NCBI GenBank assembly: GCA_964527965.1
Contig: CAZGPH010000003.1
Coordinates: 77,309 to 141,308 of the forward strand
DNA: 64,000 nucleotides
Direction: 5' to 3'
DNA from: an uncultured Marinoscillum sp.
GTDB taxonomy: Bacteria; Bacteroidota; Bacteroidia; Cytophagales; MED-G16
Position 1 is the stretch's first letter. Every line of letters begins with the position of its first letter. The notes beneath the pieces are model-generated. The model did not search any database. It saw only the letters and a program-made list of their open reading frames with translations, and was not told the origin of the DNA. This document shows positions 50,663 to 59,311 of the stretch, in pieces. A program made the translations under genes and the position numbers.

Positions 50663-51838
50663 ATGAATAAAATAAAATCTTATTTATTAGTAGCAATTCT
50701 ATTATTTTCATGTGAAAGTCAAGATGAACTTACAAGGGTTCATATAGATACATACACAAAGCTTTTTTCTATCACAAAAGATAATGTAATTACAATTGTC
50801 CAAGACTCTGAATTTGAAAATCTAAAAAGCTATTTAGATTATGGTATTAGTTTGTATACTATTTCATATAACACAACTTATAAGGGGAAGAACATCAAGG
50901 CCTCTGGTCTTGTAGCTTTCCCAGATACAGATAAGGGAATGCCCATACTTAACTTTAATCATGGGACTACATCACTTCATGCTGACGCTCCAACAGAAGA
51001 TCTTATTCAGTACAGCTTCTTTTCAAATGCTGCTAGTGCAGGATATATAGTTGTCATACCTGACTATTTAGGTTTTGGTGTATCAGATGATATCGTACAT
51101 CCATATTATAGATCTGATATAACAGGACAGACTGTTGTGGATATGATCAGAGCAACAAAAGAATTAGCGAGAATCGAAGGGTATAACTTTAATGGTGATG
51201 TATTCTTATCGGGATATTCCGAAGGTGGGTTTGCAACTATGTCTACTCATCATAATATGGAACAAAACAGTTATAAAGGATTGAACCTAATAGCTTCAGC
51301 ACCTGCGTCTGGAGGTTATGATATAACAGGAATGCTAGATTATTTCCTATCAAAGGAAACTTATCATGTCCCATATTATATAGCATATGTTGCTATAGGT
51401 TATAAAACATCTTATGATTGGGATCTCCCTCTTTCTGCTATGTTTAATGAACCTTATTCAGATTTAATACCTTCATATTTTAATGGTAAATATTCAGGAT
51501 ATGAAATTAATTCTATATTAACAGATGATTTAAGTTTATTATTAACATCTAATTTTAGAAATAATATTTACTCAGATCCAGATTTAAAAGTTATCGTTGA
51601 TGCTTTTGAAGAAAATAGTTTGGATAATTGGATTCCAAAAAAGAAGATGTTAATGTACCATGGTACTGATGATATTACGGTCCCATATCAGAATTCAGTT
51701 GACACTTATAATAATTTCATCTCTCTGGGAGCTGATAAATCAAAAATAGAATTTATTCAGCTTCAAGGAGAAAATCACTCAAGTGGTTCAATTCCATATA
51801 TTATTGATCTTTTTGATAGATTTAATGAACTAAAATGA
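50663..51838 (+). CDS. Secreted lipoprotein, alpha/beta-hydrolase (secretory-lipase-like)
   Basis: Lipobox LLFSC, nucleophile elbow GYSEGG, and later D/H-containing motifs (HGTDDITVP, ENHSS). Confidence 0.65.
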   Translation: MNKIKSYLLVAILLFSCESQDELTRVHIDTYTKLFSITKDNVITIVQDSEFENLKSYLDYGISLYTISYNTTYKGKNIKASGLVAFPDTDKGMPILNFNHGTTSLHADAPTEDLIQYSFFSNAASAGYIVVIPDYLGFGVSDDIVHPYYRSDITGQTVVDMIRATKELARIEGYNFNGDVFLSGYSEGGFATMSTHHNMEQNSYKGLNLIASAPASGGYDITGMLDYFLSKETYHVPYYIAYVAIGYKTSYDWDLPLSAMFNEPYSDLIPSYFNGKYSGYEINSILTDDLSLLLTSNFRNNIYSDPDLKVIVDAFEENSLDNWIPKKKMLMYHGTDDITVPYQNSVDTYNNFISLGADKSKIEFIQLQGENHSSGSIPYIIDLFDRFNELK

Positions 51839-52944
51839 TAAGATATTTTTTCTTTTTTTTATTTCTTTCATGTTCAAGTTATAATCATGATAATAAACTT
51901 TATTCTAATTTAGAATTAATTAAAAATAAATATGCTCCAGATAAAAGGGTAGCTCTTTTTGATATAAAGTTTTCATATAAAAATAATATTGTGATCCTTG
52001 ATGGGGAAACTAACTTAAAATCTGCTAAGCAAGATTTTTTAAATATTTTAGATAGTTTATACATAAAATATGAGGATAATATTGATCTGCTTCCTAAGAA
52101 AAAGAGATTTGGGATAATCAATAACTCCGTAGGTAATTTAAGAGGAAAACCTTCACACTCATCTGAGTTAGTTTCTCAAACCTTACTTGGGACAAAGGTT
52201 AATGTTTTAAAGAAACAAGGAGAATGGTACCTTATTCAGACTCCAGATAATTACATATCATGGATAGATCATGGTGGAATTGCTATTGTCTCAGAAATGG
52301 AATATTCAAATTATTTTGAAGACAACTACATATTTAATAAAACTCAAGGATTTGCTTACGAATCAACTCAAAAAAATCAAATAGTTTCTGATCTAGTAGT
52401 TGGTTCAATTTTAAAGGTTATTGACAAAAAAAATAATTTTTATAAAATTCAATATCCTGATAAGAGAGTAGGTTGGGTTGAGAGTAGATACTTGTCAAGG
52501 ATTAGTAATTCTAAGAGTTCAATTTCTGACTTGATAATTAACTCAAAAAAATTTATTGGTGTACCATACCTATGGGGTGGCACTTCTTCTAAAGGGTTTG
52601 ACTGCTCTGGTTTTACTAAGACTGTATACTTAATGAATGGTATTATAATACCAAGAGATGCATCGCAACAAGTAAATGAGGGTCTATTAGTTGATGCTGA
52701 TAGAAACTGGGATAAACTACAAGAAGGTGATCTAATGTTTTTTGGTTATTATAAAAATGGAAAAAGAAGAATTGATCACGTAGCAATATGGATTGGAAAT
52801 GGGAAATTTATTCAAGCTTCTAAAAATGTAAGAATTAATTCTGTCTACTTAGATGATCCAACTTATGACAAGTATCATATGGATAAATATATTGAATCAA
52901 GAAGGTTAATAGGCTATATGACTGATGGAATGAAAAAATTATAA
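51835..52944 (+). CDS. NlpC/P60 (C40) peptidoglycan peptidase with SH3b-like domains
   Basis: Catalytic GFDCSGF and DHVAIWIG motifs in the C-terminal third, with two SH3b-like segments upstream. Confidence 0.8.
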   Translation: MIRYFFFFLFLSCSSYNHDNKLYSNLELIKNKYAPDKRVALFDIKFSYKNNIVILDGETNLKSAKQDFLNILDSLYIKYEDNIDLLPKKKRFGIINNSVGNLRGKPSHSSELVSQTLLGTKVNVLKKQGEWYLIQTPDNYISWIDHGGIAIVSEMEYSNYFEDNYIFNKTQGFAYESTQKNQIVSDLVVGSILKVIDKKNNFYKIQYPDKRVGWVESRYLSRISNSKSSISDLIINSKKFIGVPYLWGGTSSKGFDCSGFTKTVYLMNGIIIPRDASQQVNEGLLVDADRNWDKLQEGDLMFFGYYKNGKRRIDHVAIWIGNGKFIQASKNVRINSVYLDDPTYDKYHMDKYIESRRLIGYMTDGMKKL

Positions 52945-53412
52945 CTTTTCAATCTCAATAATTTTATTAATAAAATTATTTGTATTAAAATCTACACCTC
53001 CGGTTAATCTAAATGCCTCTTCACCATTTTTATCAAAAACTACAGTCGTTGGCAAACTGTAAGCATTAAAATACGATAAGTCACCATTAAGTTTTATAAA
53101 TTTTAAATTATATTTTCTTTTATCTAAAAACTCATTAATTAATTTCAAATCTTCGTTTGAGACTGCAATAATCTTAATGTTTCTATCTTGAAATTTTTCT
53201 TTTACTTTTTCTAGACTTTCAAATTCAGCAATACATGGTTTGCACCAAGTTGCCCAAATATTTAGTATTACAACATTACCTTTTTGTTTATCTAAATCGA
53301 ATGCATTTCCTTCAAGATCAGATAAGACATAGAAATCTTTAGCCATTTTATTATTTGAAATATTACAGCTTATTATTGTTAAAAAAAGTGAAAGGAATGA
53401 TACTAATCTCAT
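52939..53412 (-). CDS. TlpA-family thiol-disulfide oxidoreductase lipoprotein
   Basis: Lipobox IISC and the thioredoxin-fold motif NIWATWCKPC. Confidence 0.8.
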   Translation of the reverse strand: MRLVSFLSLFLTIISCNISNNKMAKDFYVLSDLEGNAFDLDKQKGNVVILNIWATWCKPCIAEFESLEKVKEKFQDRNIKIIAVSNEDLKLINEFLDKRKYNLKFIKLNGDLSYFNAYSLPTTVVFDKNGEEAFRLTGGVDFNTNNFINKIIEIEKL

Positions 53413-53447
53413 TTTTTATTATTTTTACAAATATTTAAATAAAAATA

Positions 53448-53990
53448 GTGAAGAAATTCTTAATTACATTATCGTTGATTTTAATATTCAATATCGGATA
53501 TTCTCAATCATTCTATACAAATTTAAAAGCTACTGGTTTGACATGTGCAATGTGTTCATATTCAACTCAAAAAAGTCTTGAAAAACTTGATTTTATAAAG
53601 TCAATTACTCCTGATTTAGAAGCAACTTCATTTAAATTGGAATTTAAAGATGATGCTTTTGTTGATTTTGATCTAATTCAAGAAAAAGTTGAAGATGCTG
53701 GTTTTTTTGTTGGCTCAATTGAAATTGTTTTCAATGACAACCTTAAAGCAGAAAATGATGAGCATAATCTTATTAACGAAAATTTATTTCACATTTTTTC
53801 TGATCAAAATGTTGAAACAAATGTTTTTACCTTAGTTGATAAAAACTTTATTAGAAAAAAGGATTATGAGATAATTTCAGGAAAAACATCACATTCTTGT
53901 TACGAAACAGGATTGCATACAGCATCATGTTGTTCAAAACACGATAATTTAAAGTCTAATAAAGTCTTTCATCTTAAAAGCAGTTTATAA
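53448..53990 (+). CDS. Secreted heavy-metal-associated (HMA) domain protein with Cys/His-rich C-terminal extension
   Basis: Signal peptide, an HMA GLTCAMCSYS CxxC motif and a C-terminal SHSCYETGLHTASCCSKHD. GTG start. Confidence 0.7.
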   Translation: MKKFLITLSLILIFNIGYSQSFYTNLKATGLTCAMCSYSTQKSLEKLDFIKSITPDLEATSFKLEFKDDAFVDFDLIQEKVEDAGFFVGSIEIVFNDNLKAENDEHNLINENLFHIFSDQNVETNVFTLVDKNFIRKKDYEIISGKTSHSCYETGLHTASCCSKHDNLKSNKVFHLKSSL

Positions 53991-54003
53991 TACTACACTG
54001 TAA

Positions 54004-54846
54004 ATGAGAATATTTTTTATTCTTTTCTTATTATTTTTCTCAGGTTTTTCATCTGCTCAGGAGCTTTACATCAATACCGAACCAGCTAGTTTAATTCCAA
54101 AAGGAACTAAAGTTGTTAGACTCCATCACCACACAATTTTTTTAAACGAGAATAATGAACCTGGATCTCAATCTTCTGCTAAACTATTAATACCTCAAAT
54201 ATCCTATGGAATTTCAAAAAATATAATGGTTAGTGCGGCATTTCAAATATCAAATAATCCATTTGATATTAATACTAATTCTCGGTTTAATGGATTTAAA
54301 TTTTACTCAAAGCAAAGAATATTATCTACTGATAAGCAAAAGTATCATACCAGATTATCTTCATTCATCAAATATGCTAATCATGGTAAATGGAATATGC
54401 CAAATTATAAGTTTTTATTAAATAATTATGATATAGAAATTCAAGATTCTGGGTTAGAGGTTGGTCTTATAGCAACACAATTAATAAAAAAACTAGCTAT
54501 TTCAGTGACATCAGGATTTGGTGTAATATCAAACAAAACATCTGATGGCATTTATGATGATAAAAATTTTAACTCAATACATAATTCTATATCAGCAGGA
54601 TATCTTCTGTTTCCTAGAAAATACAAATCTTATAAACAGACAAATTTTAATATATATTTTGAGTATTTAACTAGTTCAATTTTAAGTAATAAATATCCTT
54701 TAAGGTACAATAAGTTTATGTCAACTTTTGCTCCAGGTATACAATTTATAATAATGTCTAGGTCTAGACTAGATTTTGGATATAAGATCAGAAAAGGTGA
54801 TATGGCTAATGAGTTTTTAGTTAAGTTAACCTACATAATTTATTGA
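54004..54846 (+). CDS. Predicted outer-membrane beta-barrel protein, unknown function
   Basis: Signal peptide (SSAQE), alternating hydrophobic beta-strand pattern and a terminal aromatic residue (...LTYIIY). Confidence 0.35.
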   Translation: MRIFFILFLLFFSGFSSAQELYINTEPASLIPKGTKVVRLHHHTIFLNENNEPGSQSSAKLLIPQISYGISKNIMVSAAFQISNNPFDINTNSRFNGFKFYSKQRILSTDKQKYHTRLSSFIKYANHGKWNMPNYKFLLNNYDIEIQDSGLEVGLIATQLIKKLAISVTSGFGVISNKTSDGIYDDKNFNSIHNSISAGYLLFPRKYKSYKQTNFNIYFEYLTSSILSNKYPLRYNKFMSTFAPGIQFIIMSRSRLDFGYKIRKGDMANEFLVKLTYIIY

Positions 54847-55866
54847 TTTATCTTCAATAAGATAAGTTCCCTTATAGACTTTAAATCCATTATTTGACCA
54901 GTAAGCAAGTTTTGGATTATTTCCTTTCTTCTCTTTTATAGACGCACATCCAACACTTCCATCTTTTCCTAAGGCAACTATTTTATCATTAAAATTGATA
55001 TTTTTTGTCCCTCCATTTATATCAATTATTCTCTGACATAATGCCTCGCAGGCTTCTTGGGGAGTTTTTCCATTACGCATTTGCTCAACTACAAAGAAAG
55101 ATCCACAGGTTCTTAATATTTCCTCACCTCTTCCGGTTGCACCAGCAGCTCCAACTTCATTATCAACATATAATCCAGCACCTATAATAGGAGAGTCACC
55201 AACTCTGCCTGGTATTTTGTATGCAAGTCCACTAGTTGTAGTAATTCCCGCCACGTTATTATCTGCATCAATTCCAAGTACATTAATGGTTCCAGTTGTC
55301 CTATTATCATCATAGTTATTATTGGCAGGAGGGAACCAGTCATCTTTAGTTGATAAATTTTCTTTCCAACTTAACCATATTTTTCTAGCTTTCTCAGTCA
55401 ATAAGTTTTCAACTTTAAATCCATGTAACTTAGCAAAATTTTGAGCTCCTTTTCCAACTATATGTATATGGTCTGTTCTCTCCATAACAAGTCTTGCTAC
55501 CGAACAAGGTGTTTTTATTCCTTCAAGAGCTGCTACTGATCCACAATTATGAGTAGGTCCATACATAATCGAAGCATCTAGCTGTACAACTCCATGTTCA
55601 TTTGGTAAACCTCCATATCCAACGGAAGTATCTTCAGGGTCTAATTCTGTGACATTAGAGGATACTTCGATTGCATCTAATAGTTTACCATTATTTGCAA
55701 GTATATCCCATCCTGGTTTTAAAACTTTTTCACCCCAAACTTCTCCTCTGCTACATAGAATAACAGGGCCTTTATTTTTTTTAGGTTTTGCTTCAATATT
55801 TGCAACTAAAGGAACTGTTGCTCCTACTGCTGTTAAATTCTTTATAAATTTTCTTCTGCTATTCAT
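54826..55866 (-). CDS. N4-(beta-N-acetylglucosaminyl)-L-asparaginase / isoaspartyl peptidase (Ntn hydrolase) with Tat-type signal
   Basis: SRRKFIKNLTAVGAT twin-arginine-like signal, the autoprocessing site ...DNRTTGTINVLGID and the GAAGATGRGEE motif. Confidence 0.85.
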   Translation of the reverse strand: MNSRRKFIKNLTAVGATVPLVANIEAKPKKNKGPVILCSRGEVWGEKVLKPGWDILANNGKLLDAIEVSSNVTELDPEDTSVGYGGLPNEHGVVQLDASIMYGPTHNCGSVAALEGIKTPCSVARLVMERTDHIHIVGKGAQNFAKLHGFKVENLLTEKARKIWLSWKENLSTKDDWFPPANNNYDDNRTTGTINVLGIDADNNVAGITTTSGLAYKIPGRVGDSPIIGAGLYVDNEVGAAGATGRGEEILRTCGSFFVVEQMRNGKTPQEACEALCQRIIDINGGTKNINFNDKIVALGKDGSVGCASIKEKKGNNPKLAYWSNNGFKVYKGTYLIEDKSINYVG

Positions 55867-56537
55867 AATTTAATTTGTTTTAATGTTTTAATATAATTTT
55901 CAATATAAAAATTCTTTTGTTTAGATCTATATTGCAAAATCCATCTTGGATGGGGTAGCGCAATAGTTTCATCAAAGAATTTATACTCTTTGTTTAATAA
56001 TTCAAAAAATTTTTGATTTTTTCCTTTTCCAATTATAACACAAGTCTTATTTGATGCTATATGTTTAATTTGAAATCTAATCCATTCAACTATTTTATTC
56101 TTCCATTTATTGAATAATCTAATATCATCATAATAGTTTATGTTTTTCCCATTTAATGTAAATCCGTATGGGCAAATACTTGAAATAAAAAATTTTTTAT
56201 AAAATAGATGAATACTACCATAAGTATTTATCATTTCATATATGAATTTAGAACTCAATTCTTTTTTTATATCAAAATTTGAGTCAATACCACATTTCTC
56301 TTTGAGATTATAAGGATCTGTAAATGGAATTCCAGTAATTCCACCACCTAATCTTCCAGGATTTATTCCAAATAGAATAATTCTTTTATTATTATCATCA
56401 AAAAATTTATGATAAAATGCTGTATAGATTTTTTTAACCTCAGGGCTTATATAAGGATTTAATACATCTATTTTACTCTTATAAGAAATCCTCTCAAGAT
56501 TATCATAAAAATTAATAATCTTGAGAGAAGTTTTCAT
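55863..56537 (-). CDS. Uracil-DNA-glycosylase-fold protein (DUF4918/SMUG2-like)
   Basis: FGINPGRLGGGITGIPFTDP and ...LPHPRW motifs recall the UDG superfamily. The call is from memory of the family pattern only. Confidence 0.45.
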   Translation of the reverse strand: MKTSLKIINFYDNLERISYKSKIDVLNPYISPEVKKIYTAFYHKFFDDNNKRIILFGINPGRLGGGITGIPFTDPYNLKEKCGIDSNFDIKKELSSKFIYEMINTYGSIHLFYKKFFISSICPYGFTLNGKNINYYDDIRLFNKWKNKIVEWIRFQIKHIASNKTCVIIGKGKNQKFFELLNKEYKFFDETIALPHPRWILQYRSKQKNFYIENYIKTLKQIKL

Positions 56538-56555
56538 ATATTAAAATTGAATGGT

Positions 56556-57179
56556 TTACTCTAAAGTTTTTGCAAATCTTTTTAAGTGTTCTTCTGGCAT
56601 AGTATCCACCTGAAATGATACTATAGCATTTGACCATAGTAAGTTAATATTAGCAACCTTATTGTCATTTGCATCAATAACGTATGTTAGTCTTTCAATC
56701 GAATTATCCCATGTAACAATCTCAACATCAAAACTATGAGCTAAATCTGCATTGTATGCATCCATATCAATTTTTCCATCTTTTCTATAAGCGAAAGGGT
56801 ATTTGCCTTCTTTATTTAAATCTATTGTCCAATTACCATTTTTTCTAGGTGTCATTGCTATTGCATATTTACCAGCTCTTAATGTTTTTTCTTTGATTTT
56901 TACATCAGTAGAAAATTCTATAATTGTTGGGCTATTAGCTCCAGCTCTCCATAAATCGCCGTAAGGTACTAAATCACCGAATATAATTCTTCCTTTTACA
57001 CCAGGGGATGAATAGTAAACTGATATTTTAGTCATTCCTACATTTTGAGTAACAGATGCCTGGGGACTTGCGACAGGACTGAGGTACTCTCTAGCAGTTT
57101 GTGCATTAATAGTTAATGTTAAAAAAAATAAAATTAACGTTGTAAGTATATTTTTCATGATATTTATTTTAGTTTTCAA
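56556..57179 (-). CDS. DUF2911 domain-containing secreted protein
   Basis: Signal peptide and the VPYGDLWRAGANSPT motif typical of DUF2911. An alternative start exists at Met8. Confidence 0.6.
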   Translation of the reverse strand: MKTKINIMKNILTTLILFFLTLTINAQTAREYLSPVASPQASVTQNVGMTKISVYYSSPGVKGRIIFGDLVPYGDLWRAGANSPTIIEFSTDVKIKEKTLRAGKYAIAMTPRKNGNWTIDLNKEGKYPFAYRKDGKIDMDAYNADLAHSFDVEIVTWDNSIERLTYVIDANDNKVANINLLWSNAIVSFQVDTMPEEHLKRFAKTLE

Positions 57180-57227
57180 TAATAATTTTTTTTTTTATCA
57201 AATTGATAAATTAAATACCTTTTTTTA

Positions 57228-57743
57228 TCAATTTTTAGACATGGAATAATCTCCCCTTAAAATTCTCCATCTACTTTCAAAGCTTGACGGTCTGTGAATT
57301 TTACCAGTCAATACATTAGGATCAATTTTGATTCTTGTTTCTTCATACTTTGTTCCCTCTTTCCATCTCATATAAGGCCAAGTTTCACATGTATTATCAT
57401 TTGATTCAAAATTAACACAGGTTAAGTATTCTCCACTGTCAAATCTATAGTCGTCTTCTATGAAAGAAACCCATCCATAAATATCTATTACTCCACTTAC
57501 ATTAAATGAAGTATTTGAATCTTCAAATGTAGAAAAACCTTTAAACGTACAATCATTTGATGAATTTATGATTAATGAAAAATTATGAGTTTTACCATTT
57601 GCATAGTATGGGTTTGTATAATTTATTGTTCCAGACCATTCTCCAATCATATTTTTTGATGCTTCATTACAATCAACAACATCATCAGCACATCTATACG
57701 TACTACTTGCTAATAATATAAAAGTTAAATAAATGTATTTCAT
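57228..57743 (-). CDS. Secreted Cys-containing beta-rich protein, unknown function (paralog of 58656..59171)
   Basis: Signal peptide ending LASSTYRC. About 40% identity by eye to the other copy, with conserved Cys positions. Both copies are 171 aa. Confidence 0.6.
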   Translation of the reverse strand: MKYIYLTFILLASSTYRCADDVVDCNEASKNMIGEWSGTINYTNPYYANGKTHNFSLIINSSNDCTFKGFSTFEDSNTSFNVSGVIDIYGWVSFIEDDYRFDSGEYLTCVNFESNDNTCETWPYMRWKEGTKYEETRIKIDPNVLTGKIHRPSSFESRWRILRGDYSMSKN

Positions 57744-57755
57744 TCAATAAAATAA

Positions 57756-58652
57756 TTAATCCCAAAGTAAAGAGGGATATGTATTTTTTTTAACTAATTC
57801 TTTTATTTTATTTCTCACAATTTCACTATCATCTTTGTAAGTTACTCCGAACCAATTTTCATTTGTAGTATCTACAAATACATTGTTTTTAATTTCTTTA
57901 CCTATTACTTCTGGTAATAAAAATTCATTCTTTTTTTCATTAATATTTTTTTCTAGAAATATTTTAAATTCTTTTCTAAGAAGAGAAAATATTGAGTCTT
58001 GAAATCCGAACAAATTCATTGCAACTTGAGTTCCAATAACATGTTCCACCTTATTATTATCATAGTATCCATAGATAATATTCCCTTTCATTTCTAACTC
58101 ATGTGTCTCGTTTATTCCAACAAGTTTTTTGTTATCTGTAATGCATACTCCCCTAGATACACCTCCATTTTCTGATAGCGTATTTTCAATTAAGTATGAT
58201 ATAGTAGATACCATTATATTATTTTCTACTATATAATTTAATGAGTCATAAACTTTATTAAATGCACCGTATCCATAAAAATCATCGGCATTAATAGTGG
58301 CAAATGGTTCATTTATAACATTTTCACAACATAAAACTGCGTGGCCAGTTCCCCAAGGCTTTTCTCTTGTTTCTGGGAGAGAAAAGTTAGAAAGGCCATA
58401 ATTTGGGTCTTGGGTTACAATCTCTAAACTTATATTATCCATTCTAGAGAATATATCATGGTATTTATTAATAAAGTAATCTTTAAGTTTTGGTGATGAT
58501 AATATTACTATTTTGTTAAAGCCTACCTTTATTGCATCATAGATTGAATAGTCTAAAATAGATTCATTATTTGGTCCGAAACTATCAACTTGTTTTAATC
58601 CACCGTAACGGCTTCCCATACCTCCGGCCATTATCAGTAATGATCTGTTCAT
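57756..58652 (-). CDS. Sugar-phosphate nucleotidyltransferase family protein
   Basis: N-terminal LIMAGGMGSRYGGLKQ (G-x-G-x-R NTP-transferase signature), KPWGTGHAV, and NADDFYG. Confidence 0.7.
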   Translation of the reverse strand: MNRSLLIMAGGMGSRYGGLKQVDSFGPNNESILDYSIYDAIKVGFNKIVILSSPKLKDYFINKYHDIFSRMDNISLEIVTQDPNYGLSNFSLPETREKPWGTGHAVLCCENVINEPFATINADDFYGYGAFNKVYDSLNYIVENNIMVSTISYLIENTLSENGGVSRGVCITDNKKLVGINETHELEMKGNIIYGYYDNNKVEHVIGTQVAMNLFGFQDSIFSLLRKEFKIFLEKNINEKKNEFLLPEVIGKEIKNNVFVDTTNENWFGVTYKDDSEIVRNKIKELVKKNTYPSLLWD

Positions 58653-58655
58653 GTT

Positions 58656-59171
58656 TTATTTTGTGAAGGTGAAATTACCTCTTATAGTACTATTCCAACC
58701 ACCTCCTGCAGTAAAAAATTCTCCATTTAATATATATGGGTCTGATCTAAACCTTGCCTCATGAAATTTTGTTCCTGGTCTCCATCTTACATATGGCCAC
58801 CTGTTGCATGGATTACTCCAATTTGAACCATTTCCTTGACAGTCAGTATATTCTCCACCATTAATCTCATATTCAGTTTCCATGAATTCTACCCATCCGT
58901 ATTTATCTATAGTTCCAGAAATTACGAATGTAGTATTTGATTCATTAAAAGCACTTATACCTTGGAAGAAGCAATCATTAGAAGATATAACAGATAGAGT
59001 CATTTTATGAGTAGTTCCGTTTGCTGATGAACTAGTGTAATCTGCTCTGCCTTCCCAAGTACCAACCATTTGTTTTGCGGCATCTGCACAATTAATTGTG
59101 TCTTCAGCTTCTCTACATCTGTAAGTACTACTAGCTAGAAATATGAAAAGAAATGTTGTTAATGATTTCAT
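58656..59171 (-). CDS. Secreted Cys-containing beta-rich protein, unknown function (paralog of 57228..57743)
   Basis: Same length, same LASSTYRC junction, and shared blocks: SSNDC.F.G.S.F..SNT.F..SG.ID.YGWV, GEY, C..WPY.RW..GTK. Confidence 0.6.
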   Translation of the reverse strand: MKSLTTFLFIFLASSTYRCREAEDTINCADAAKQMVGTWEGRADYTSSSANGTTHKMTLSVISSNDCFFQGISAFNESNTTFVISGTIDKYGWVEFMETEYEINGGEYTDCQGNGSNWSNPCNRWPYVRWRPGTKFHEARFRSDPYILNGEFFTAGGGWNSTIRGNFTFTK

Positions 59172-59311
59172 GTTGCAAAAATAATAAATTGATTATAAAA
59201 AACTTAAAATATTCACGTTTTCATATACGGAGTTAGATGTCATTAGTTTTTAAATCTTGCAAAAGATAAGTTTATTGTAAAAAAAATTTAATAACTATAT
59301 TTAATGTCAAT

